DNA of 62,984 nt, counting the filler, from Choristocarpus tenellus KU-1152 (taxonomy: Eukaryota; Protista; Phaeophyceae), in assembly GCA_964200185.2 (NCBI GenBank). It is 9 parts of 9 records of this genome, joined end to end, with 100 filler letters (N's around TTAATTAATTAA, not from the genome) between each part and the next. Parts side by side here need not be neighbours in the genome. Positions count along the whole stretch, not along the records: positions 48,355 to 60,004 come from CAXNAD020002206.1; positions 60,105 to 62,984 come from CAXNAD020023969.1; 7 more parts are not named here. One strand, 5' to 3'. This document shows, in pieces, positions 51,401-61,760 of the stretch. The notes below the pieces were generated by a model that was not told the origin of the DNA, ran no database searches, and was given only the letters and a program-made list of their open reading frames with translations. How positions within the stretch are numbered: position 1 is the stretch's first letter; every line of letters begins with the position of its first letter. The translations under genes were made by a program, and so were the position numbers.

Positions 51401-54400
51401 ACCCCCGCCCCCATCCTAACCCTATCATACTACTGTACTACCGCTGAAAACCTTGTCAACCAACCCTAACCCTAACCCTGAGAGCAAATCCAATACTCCT
51501 AACCCTTACAATACCCTTTGTCCATGATACCTGTAAACATTGCACAGCACCCTATTTGGTACTCAAATACTTAATGCCTACTGAAAAGAGCTGGGGTAGG
51601 TCTAGAGGCAAGGACTACCAAAAAATAGCAACCAAGTCTCTAAGAAACCTCGACAATATTCTCTGTCAAAATGGATTGATATCAAAAGCCAACTATTCAC
51701 TCCCTTACCCTAAGATACAAGGACAAGGGCTATGGCAAAAAACAACGAGAAATATTCAAGGGAGCTTAGGGTTAGGGTTATCAAGACTATAAATATCAAA
51801 TACAAGGACCAGTCATTGGGTGCTAACCATGTCCAATGAAGACAATGTTGAGGTGCTCTCGAGGATCCTCTTCAGTAGACTCTTTCTCCTCAACCACAGT
51901 CTCTGCCACTACCCCTGGCTCGGCCACTGCTACCTCCCTCTCCTTTTGTTCTTGCATTACACAGTAAGTGTATTTTGTGAAGAAAAAATAGAATACATAG
52001 GTGGTAAAGTAGTTAGCGTTAAGGTCTGGAGTAGGATGTGGTGTTTATTAGACACCTACTGTCCTGTATGAGGTACACCAACAGCAAGCATTGCCTCAAT
52101 GAAATCACAAATGAAATGCAATACAAGTGACCAGAGGAGGTGTTCATAAATATTGCTAGGTATTGTGTATGCCAAGATCATCGTCGCAACCTTTGCCATG
52201 AATACAGACATAAATCATTGAATGTCTGAAATAAGAAGTGTTCACGTGAATCACAACCCATTTGAAAACATACACACCAGGCGTGTCAGTGTACATCATT
52301 CTAAACACACAATATGATACTATTAATATTACTAGAACTACTCAAAAAGTCAAACATACACATCAGGCGAGTCAGTGTACATCATTCTAAACACACAATA
52401 CGATGCTATCAATATTACTAGAACTACTCAAAAAGTCAAACATACACATCAGGCGAGTCAGTATACATTATTCTAAACACCCAATATGATACTATCAATA
52501 TTACTAGAACTACTCAAAAAGTCAAATACACATCAGGCGAGTCAGTATACATCCTTCTACACACACAATACGATACTATTAATATTACTAGAACTACTCA
52601 AAAAGTCAAACATACACATCAGGCGAGTCAGTATATATCCTTCTACACACACAATACGATACTATTTTAACATCACTAGAACTACTCAAAAAGCCCCCAA
52701 AGGTTCAAGTCTCTCAAATGCCAGGGCAGTGGGCAGTACTTCCTCTTATCATCCCTTCTGATGCCTTGAATTCCCAACAATTACAAAGTATGTAGCAGCA
52801 ACTAATGAATCGATAAACCAAACAAATAGTACAGAAACCAAAGGATAAAATGTGTTTGTTCTATTATGGTCCAAATGTGTTTGTTCTGTCAAATTTCACA
52901 ATGGTGACCCCATTGCTTACGTCCTACGCAGGCACCTTTTGACTCTAGTTTTATTTGGGGATATTAAACAACTTGAGAATTTTTCAGCGAACATACGCAA
53001 ACTTGTATTAAATGAATCCTTAGACTCATCAACACATAGTCATCTCATAATAACTCTGACACCACACAGAAACTTTACCTCTTGCCAAACTCGAAGTATA
53101 CAGCACTTCTCAAGAGATATTCATAATTTGGTAGCCCTAACCCAAAGTTATTGATAATTGATAAAAAAAACTTGTTAGCCTGTATTTCACACGTCTGTCT
53201 CATTGCAACCCTACCAAAAAGCAATACACCCTAACCCTAGCCCCCTACTGTACCTGCAGCATCACAGGGAGGCAAAGAGTGCAATGATACCAATGTCACA
53301 TTGAAAACAAAATATATTTGAAGGCAGGCAGAAGACAGAGAGACTAACATCATATCAAACAAGAGAGTATGCAATGCCTCAATAAAAATCTTGACTCACA
53401 CTGGTTTGACAATAGCAAACCCTAACCCTAACCCTAGTCCTAATCCTACAAACTACTTGTGAACACAACTGCTGTCCTTCCAACATCCATACAACTACAC
53501 ACACAAACAGCTCCACACAACACCAAATACCATCCACTGCACGTAACTAAAAAAATATACTGAAGCACTGATGGCACTAACCCTAACCCCAACTTCAAAA
53601 TCAGTGTATAAATGAGGTTTTGGTTTAGTCACTGGTACATTATGACTAAGATAAACAGTTGACAGTTAATGTCAATTTCTCTTGCACCATTAGGGGTAAA
53701 ATGAACAGAACCTACTTTGCTCCACCGAGTGCCCTAACCCTATTTCTAAGTAGGTGGTACATGATAAAATTCTTGAGTAGTTGGTGGTCTACTCAGGGAC
53801 ATACTTCCATTCAAAACATTGCTCAAAACGCTTCCTAACATTGTAAACAGAAATTAATTTCGAGCGAATGACCTGCCCAAAACATCATCTGTAACAAAGA
53901 CATAGCTGGATAAACAGAAAATACACTGATGTTTTATTTTGTCCCACTTATATTTCCTAGAAATACCTGCAGGTCCCTTCACCTCTCCAGCATCACCTCC
54001 CCCCCCCCCCCTTCATTCTTCATCCCCTTCGGGTTCAGGTCCCCCTCTCCCTCAGCATACCCCTCCAAAACATCCAGACCAGCATTGCCAGCGCTGTCTG
54101 CAATCATCTTTGCAATGTCTGGGTTGGCCAGAAGTGCATCGGGATCCTCCAGCATCTTCAATGCCTTGGAGCGGTCCCCATTGGCCAACTCCAGGGTGGC
54201 CTATAAGGCGTTCATTACAGGTTAAAATAAGAATAAAATTCCAAAAAAGATCAAAAGAATGCAGTACTGTAAAGTAGGGGAGAGGAAAAATACATCGATT
54301 CATGTGACATTCAATCCTTAATGGGAAAATATATCAGGGACTGGGGGGGGAAGGGGGGGATTGAGTTGATTTGTTAAGAGACAGACATGCTTATGAAAAA

Positions 54401-56691
54401 AGGTACTGAATAACCGACAACAAATTTAGGATTGACATACTCCTTAACCACTACTAGAGACTACACACAGTTAACCTAACCCTATGTAGTGATAACAAAT
54501 CATGACAGGGAGGAAAAACGGCAGAGCACAAACAGTCTGTCAACAACACAATCTGCGGAAAAATCTGCCAGTACCCTACAAACAGTTAAATATTATTGGA
54601 GATGGGATTTTGTTGAATATACTCTCCAAGCTGATAACCTTAACATACAGTAGTAGCAGAAAATCATAGGGTTCACAGCAGACTGGTAATTTCAATCTGT
54701 TATCAACGGACTCAGGTAGTACATATAATCCATGAGCTCAGGATCTCAGTCAAGCCTGCACTAGTTCAACTCATGACCTCAGTGAACCTGAAGTCTGATG
54801 GTCACTAAAAGGAAGAGCTCTCCCACAGCACATAAGGGCAAATAGCTCAGCTTTGAAATATTTCTCCAAGTCACTTAGTCATCAACTTCATGAAGGTCAT
54901 AATGGCATCCAGCCCATCCCCCCCTCTCCACTAGTTTCCTCAGTACTTCGCTCAGGGTTGCAGGTGACTTTTCGCATGATTCCATCCAAGGGACTACAGG
55001 AGAATGGATATCTTAAAGTCCTTTCCCTGCCTCTGTCCAACCCAGACCCCATCAACAGCTGCTGGAGGGAATAGGTTGAGGGATGTGGTGGTTTCCTAAC
55101 CCTAACCCCTCATACACATTGTGTGCATATACTACAATAATCTTAGGACTGGGGTCTGATAGGCATATGTGATTTTGCATTTTCACATAAAATCGTATCA
55201 CCAACATGGCATGGAGAATAAATTACAGAAGAGTACAAATCAAACACCAGTACATGTCAACTTCATGACTATTTAACCAGTTGGTGCCTGGGGTACCTGG
55301 AACAGTAACAGACAGCTGAAATGGGTTGGAGAATGATGCAGAGGTCACATCCCTGACAAGAAATGCATAGATATTGAATTTCCTCAAGTGGATGAATATC
55401 TGGGGAAGCTGGCTACTAGGGATCGGGTACTACCATACCTATTCCTGGCTTAGGTGCACATTACATCATAAATCTTTCCTTGCCTTCAAATTGGGGTACA
55501 CAACCTGAATTGGGGTGACCCCACTGGAGATGCAATGAGGTCGCAGCATCAACAGCCATGGAGCAAGAGTAAGAGCCCTCCTAACGGAAAGCTGCACCCT
55601 AGAAATGCCTAGACTAGGCACAGGAAAATCTACACATGGCATTAGAAGCAATCAAGCAACCAAAGGTAAAACAGAGTATTCCACAAACCAGCAGGTCAAG
55701 TAGTTCACCTTCCACAAGGGGTCATTCTCATCCACCTCCTCTGCAGGCTGCTCCTCTTCACCTGCCGGTGAGGTCTCCTTAACACTAAGTGTTTCCATCG
55801 CACTTGTAACCTTTTGCACTGCGGCAGCCTGTGCAACCTGTATGCCTGCGATGGAGCAGGTGATGGAGAGGTACGGCGATGACAGATTGGGAGAGTGACT
55901 CCCCCAATAAACCATAATGCACTCTTGCAATCTTTTGATGACCACAGTGTGAGAGGGCGACTATTACCAAGCGTAAGAGTGACTACTGTGAACTGGATCA
56001 TGTCATGAACTGTGTGAATCTCTGGTTTAAGGCCATGTAGGACGTCCCCATAAACAGCGGAGAAACAAGTACTTCAGGTGCTGAATGACAAGTGTTGCAT
56101 GCTTGTCGTCATTACGCATGGGCAGAGCATGAAAATCGACCAGGGATGCCTAGATAAGTATGTGAGGTCTCTTCACCCTTTCAATGCAAGAATAAATTCG
56201 GGTCAGGGGTCTTGGCGGAGTGGTCTAGCGCGAAGCAGAGCTTTGCATGAGTTCACCTTGGCACAAAGTACACAACATATGCAGGCCCTGGTTACCATTT
56301 TCGCTAACATTTCGTCTTCAAGAATTCTGCTGGAGACAAGGACGGTGGAGTGCCGAGGACATGACGTGGATGTCGAGACTATACGTCCATTAAGTTGAAA
56401 GGAATTGTTGCAGAACTTCGTTATGGTTGAGAGGAGCACAGGGTAACAATCAATTACCAAGAACCACGAGCTTAGAGTACGCTAATAATTATTGACAGGG
56501 AGATAAATGCATACTCAGGTAGGAGAGGGTAGAGGAGGGTCCCTACCAGGCGTGGGGTTCGACGGTGTGGTTACTCCCCCTGGCGACCAAGTCGAGGCGC
56601 TGGGGTTAAATGTGAACGACGAGGCATTCGGATTCAGCCCCCCTGAACTTCCACCTGTTGGCTTATTTTCATCTTCCCAACTATCCGCCAT
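48461..56691 (-). CDS. ERF3: Eukaryotic peptide chain release factor GTP-binding subunit eRF3 (5' part)
   Basis: Exons 56691-56547 (MADSWED, PAM2-like LNPNASSF/FNPSASTW), 55845-55709, 54200-53967, 51950-51828 (DPREHLNIVFIGH), 50900-50825 (VDAGKST), 50051-49917 (YEREAKQRNRESWFLAFIMDTNEEERAKGKTVEVGRAHFET; GC donor) and 48515-48461 (YTILDAPGH..VPNMI). Confidence 0.95.
52266..52692. repeat. ~86-bp tandem repeat x5 in eRF3 intron
   Basis: Unit CATACACATCAGGCGAGTCAGT...ATTACTAGAACTACTCAAAAAGTCAAA starts near 52269, 52355, 52441, 52526 and 52611. Confidence 0.95.
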
Positions 56692-56966
56692 GATGCAAGG
56701 CCTTCGCTTTGCCTTTGCTGTGTGGCTCAAGGAGAGAGGATGTTGGGATAACGAGAGTTGTATTGTTTGGAAGGCCTTTAGAGAGGGTTCATTGTCACAA
56801 CTAAAATACTGTTTGTTGTATCAAGGTTGTGTAATAATGTGTTGGTCACCAATGCTTTGCCAGGTCCATCGCTTGAACCTGGACCTCCACCTCCACATTG
56901 ACTGCTCCACTGCATTGTGTCTTTCTTGGTTTGGGGGTCTAGGCTATTAGGTGACGTGTCCGCAAA
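56692..56966. promoter_or_regulatory. Probable bidirectional promoter between eRF3 and importin-11
   Basis: Divergent start codons (56691 minus, 56967 plus) lie 275 bp apart. Confidence 0.6.
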
Positions 56967-58723
56967 ATGGAAACGGAAATGGCGATACCTGAAGCCCTCA
57001 TCTCTGACAACCCTTCCCATGTTCAAGCCATCTACCAGGCGAGGAGTGGTGCAAATAACTTAGCCGTGTCTCATCATTTTCCTTGATTGTGGTCATTCAT
57101 GTCTTAATTTGTAATATCCCAGCAGGCGATCGAGAGTTCTACTAAGAGTTCGCTGGAGTCGGTTCGCAAGCCAGCCGAAGATCTCTTGAAGACCTGCGAG
57201 GACCTTCCAGGCTATACATCTGTGCTTGTTGCCATCGCTGGGGCCCACGGGGCCGCTCCAGATGCTAGGTCTGGAGCGGTAATCCTCCTCAAGAACGTCG
57301 TGCGAGGTCGCTGGAAATCAAGGGGGGGTCGTGGGCGAGTGGTGGGAGAGGGAGAGAAGAATGCTTTGCGGTTGTTCCTCCTTAGTGCTTTGGAGGAGCC
57401 AGACGACAGAGTGGCCGTACAGGTATGTCTTCACAAGTTCATGGAGCATTTCCCTCTCTGTTTTCATTCACCCCATCAGTGTGTATTCCGTGGTATTTTG
57501 TGCCGTCACGATTGTTTGACTCCAGTTCTACCTAACCTCTGTCGAATACGACTTTCGACAATTCATCTGCCTATGGTTCGCCTAGAAAGTACATGGGCTG
57601 CATGCTTATATATCTCAGAGCAAGTTTCATCCCCTTCGACCATCTGGTGAGAATTGATGACTGCACTGACCATAATCACAAGCACCTAAGTTAATCTGAC
57701 GACCATAAAGGTGTTCCTTATTTTAGCTGACCGTTGGACGTTGATCCTGTTTGCCAGTTGGCGGTTCTCACTGCCAAAGTTGCTCGAATAGATTGGCCTC
57801 GCCAATGGTCAGAACTTTTTGGATCTCTGATGACATCTGCAACTCAGGGCCAAGGACTTCAGAGGCATCGTTCTTTGTACAGTCTACATCAGGTATCTGG
57901 ATCGTCCCAGGGCATAATGGTTGAAGCACGCACTGATTCTTGAAGAGTTAAAAAAAAAATCGATTCCCATTGATACATGTATATATACATACACTATTAT
58001 GCCATGGTTTTTTGCAATGGATCCAATGTTATCCAAATTACACCTAATCCCTTCAATGAACCCTTTCCCTAACCTTTGTACTTCTCTCGTTATTCCGACT
58101 CCCCCCACCCCCAAAGCATACCCTCCCTGCTACACATGTGGACACCAGACATTTACAAAATGTAATGATTAACATGCTGATAGCTCAGTGTTGATGCAGT
58201 AGATTGCAGCTCTATATGTCCTTGATTTAGTTGCGAGTCTGCACTTTTGTCTTCATTATGCTGAGGTCAATAGGGTTAGGGTTAGGGTTAACCCTAACCC
58301 TTGATTTAGTTGCGAGTCTGCACTTTTGTCTTCATTATGCTGAGGTCAATACATTTGTCACTAGAGCTCGACTTGAGAGTGTTTTCTATGTGATGATGCT
58401 TGTGGACAAACTTTTCTAACCCCTGCCGTATCAACACATCCACATATTACTCCGTAGTACATTAATGCACAACCAACACAACCATCTCAATTGCCCTACA
58501 GGTTTTGAAAGAGCTGTCCACTAAGAGAGTTGGTTTTGATAAGGCAGCCTTTGCTATTGCTTCCAAGGAACTCTTTCCTGCAATGCTGCAGCTGTGGGAT
58601 GCGCAGTGGGACTCGGTGGAGATGCTATTTTCCACCCTTGGTGCAGGGGGTGGAGGGGGGGCTTTGGGAATCACGGCTTGGGTGGGGACAGAAGCCATAT
58701 ATCTGTGCACTCTCTATGTTAAG
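56967..58723 (+). CDS. IPO11: Importin-11 / KAP120-like importin-beta family protein (5' part)
   Basis: Exons 56967-57038 (GC donor), 57126-57422 (IBN_N: RKPAEDLLKTCE..GY..AVILLKNVVRGRW..EKNALR), 57758-57892 (AKVARIDWPRQWSELF) and 58502-58723 (VLKELSTKR). AKxARxDxPxxWxEL and KxLSxKR are IPO11-type motifs. Confidence 0.85.
58174..58245 (+). pseudogene. Decayed tRNA-Cys(GCA) in importin-11 intron 3
   Basis: 72-nt cloverleaf remnant: ATGCTGA/TCTGCAC acceptor, TAGCTCAGTG A-box, GTAGA-TTGCAGC-TCTAT anticodon arm (GCA 58206-58208), mutated T-arm CTTGA-TTTAGTT-GCGAG, T discriminator running into TTTT. Confidence 0.7.
58220..58351. repeat. Perfect 53-bp direct duplication flanking a head-to-head telomeric insert
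   Basis: 58220-58272 is identical to 58299-58351; insert 58273-58298 is GGGTTAGGGTTAGGGTTAACCCTAAC. Confidence 0.95.
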
Positions 58724-59504
58724 GTAGGATTATGGTTAGGGCTACTATACCGATCGAATATATCTTACCTTGCTGTTTACCAGTCATAAACTCCAGAAGA
58801 CCAAATCATCATAATAGTAGTACCAAGATTCTGGTAAATTCAAATGGTACTTACTAACTTCCTAAGTATTGACATCCCACAAGCACCTGCAGTTACCGTC
58901 CAGTTCCTCAAAAATGATCTAAACATCCTCCCCCTTCACTTGTCTAGTTACTCAAGCACCAATATCCATATATATATATATATATATACCCCACACTATT
59001 GACTTTGGTAGTGTTGTACACCATGGGGATCAATGGGACAAATCTTCTGTGCAGGATGGATGGGGGGGGGGGAGGTCATTTTACTCTGGCTGTGATTGTA
59101 GAGTTGACTTATGGCAAGTTAACTCCTAACACCTCACACCTATCTCCATTCCTAACCCTATCCCTAACACTACCCCATGTGGGTAGTAAGAATGAAGAGG
59201 ACTTGCTATGATTCAGTACATTGTTGTGCAGTGTGCCTACTAATGCACAAATTCTTAAAAGGTGAACTTCTATTCTTATGGTTCACACTACGGACTGATG
59301 TCTTTGGACTTGTGATGTAGCATAATTCAAGCATGGTCTATACCAGGGGTGGTCTTTACAGGGGTGGCATACGCGGTAGCTTTCTGTGTTCACTGCAAGG
59401 GTTAAGGTTAGGGTTAGGGTTAGAATATGATGTATGTAAATACTGGTTGTGAGGCCCTTGCTGTTCTATTCTCAATTTTTTGTGGAACTGTTCTGTCTTG
59501 CCTA

Positions 59505-60004
59505 CAATGTTGGATCACTATTATTAGTATGCAATGTTGGATCACTATCATTAGTATGTAGTATTGAATGTAGTGTTGGACCACTATTATTAGTATGTAG
59601 TGTTGGACCACTATTATTAGTATGTAGTGTTAGACCACTATTATTAGTATGTAGTGTTGGACCACTATTATTAGTATGCAATGTTGAACCACTATTATTA
59701 GTATGTAGTGTTGGACCACTATTATTAGTATGTAGTGTTGGACTACTATTATTAGTATGTAGTGTTGGACCACTATTATTGGTATGTAGTGTTGGACCAC
59801 TATTAATAGTATGCAATGTTGGATCACTATTATTAGTATGTAGTGTTGAACCACTATTATTAGTATGCAATGTTGGACCGCTATTATTAGTATGTAGTGT
59901 TGGACCACTATTATTAGTATGTAGTGTTAGACCACTATTATTAGTATGTAGTGTTGGACCACTATTATTAGTATGCAATGTTGGACCACTATTATTAGTA
60001 TGTA
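59505..60004. repeat. 27-bp minisatellite x ~18
   Basis: Unit GTATGTAGTGTTGGACCACTATTATTA, running to the contig end. Confidence 0.95.
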
Positions 60005-60104
60005 NNNNNNNNNNNNNNNNNNNNNNNNNNNNNNNNNNNNNNNNNNNNTTAATTAATTAANNNNNNNNNNNNNNNNNNNNNNNNNNNNNNNNNNNNNNNN
60101 NNNN
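60005..60104. other. Artificial contig linker
   Basis: 44 N + TTAATTAATTAA + 44 N. Confidence 0.99.
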
Positions 60105-60105
60105 C

Positions 60106-60519
60106 TACTGCACAAACTGTTCCATCGGTAACCTGGGCCAATGCAGGTGGCAGCTAACCCACGTGCCCCCGCATAAGGAGATAGACCTCGGATTTTCCAC
60201 CGAAACAGGAAAGGGTGAGATGTATCTGAGGAGACAGTTGTCGAGGAAGGAGAGACAGCTCGCTGCAGGGAACATATGCATTGTGTGGACGCAGCCGTCA
60301 AGGTACAATGGTTTAGAGTTCTTGCCGTTCACTGTGCACCGCAAGGACACGACTCAATGGAACGCCAGGCACGATTCCGGCTACGGAGGGATGTTCAGTG
60401 CTGGAAATGAGGTGGTCTTTGTCACTGAAGAGTTCGAGGTGTTGAGTGCAACCTTTGTTGATGGAGTGCCAACTATTCGCATGTCACGGACGGACAAGAT
60501 GAGAAACGCTCTTTGTTGA
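60106..60519 (+). CDS. C-terminus of an intronless ORF with a Cys cluster, probably transposon-derived
   Basis: The frame is open from the contig start: YCTNCSIGNLGQCRWQLTHVPPHKEID...KMRNALC*. CxxCxxGxxxxC pattern; no splice signals needed. Confidence 0.4.
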   Translation, partial: YCTNCSIGNLGQCRWQLTHVPPHKEIDLGFSTETGKGEMYLRRQLSRKERQLAAGNICIVWTQPSRYNGLEFLPFTVHRKDTTQWNARHDSGYGGMFSAGNEVVFVTEEFEVLSATFVDGVPTIRMSRTDKMRNALC

Positions 60520-60858
60520 TAGTAAGAGAACAATGTTCCACACGAATCAATTGAGGCTGTCAAGATACAGATGTTATATATGCCCTAATGTCCCCTCATG
60601 TAAACCTAAAATCCTCCCATAAGATCCAGCACTAACCTTCGAACCACAATTGTTCTAAGTACAATTTTGTTGTCCTACTCCACAAACCATAATCCTAAAC
60701 TTTTGCATAATATTTTTCAATTTCCATAGAACCATAAGCGTATCCCATGCCTTCGCTTCGCTTCCCGAAATGTATCCTATATCCTAAATAATACTCTCGA
60801 TTCCTCAAAACCAAAACAAACACCCATACAACCAAACAAGGCCGTCACGCGCAAACAC

Positions 60859-61760
60859 ATGCCAATAGTCCCATATACTAACACCGCCCCTTCAACGAAA
60901 GTGTTCATGGTGTTGCAGGACGCACAACCGCGTCCCCGTGTTGTGCCCCTTCAGGCTATCATCATCCCGGACTTCACAGACCTTAACCACATCCACCTGG
61001 ACAAATATTTACGATCCTGCCTGGTCAATACCGGAGGTTCACCTCAGAACCCAACCGGCAGTCCCTCGGTGGGATACCTGCTCGCTTCTCAAGGCAACTC
61101 AGGCTTGGGGACACATCCGATGCCAGGTTCAGTCATGGAACCAGCTTCATCCTATGCGTGAGTGAGGGGGCTATCGTACAGGGGAAAGTCAGTGATGTTC
61201 ACGTAGACGGTTCATGGGCTTACATTTACTCAGTGTCCTACCTTCCAGACGATGGCGAAAGTTCTTTGCCTCCTTTACTGAGGTCGTGTACATAACAAAG
61301 GGCGAGATCAAGGAGGGTGTCGACCAACCTCAGGAGAAGAACAAGAGGGACAGTGACGAGGTGGCAGCCCGGTGAGTCAGACAACGCCGCCGGTCGATTG
61401 TTGGTCACCAGCGGAAGCGTAGGGACATTGGAGAAGGATACTGAGAAATGTGTACTTCTTGAACCGACACTAAGGGCTGTGCCGGATTTAGATGAGGTAG
61501 AAACAGTCAATGTGAGTGCCAAGGGCAGGGGACTAAACTTCAGATGGGACGATCAGTGGATGCGAGAGACTGTGACCAAGCACCAGCCCCACTACACAGT
61601 GAAAGTTGGGGAGGAGCGAGTCAGCTACCCTACGAGGTTAAATGTGAGAATGACAACTTGCGAAATATCCAGCTTCTTGTCGAACGCTACAGTATAGACC
61701 AAGACGCTGCTCCTACACGGGCCTGGTTCTGGACAAGTCCTACACTGCCGCCATACTGAC
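60859..61760 (+). pseudogene. Degenerate intronless ORF with stops and frameshifts, probably TE-associated
   Basis: Coding-like, GC-richer sequence broken into overlapping frames (e.g. KGRGLNFRWDDQWMRETVTK / YEVKCENDNLRNIQLLVERYSIDQDAAPTRAW). Confidence 0.4.

Noticed and set aside
59449-60060. 203-aa and 158-aa repeat-protein ORFs
   Set aside because: By-products of a 27-bp minisatellite inside an importin-11 intron.
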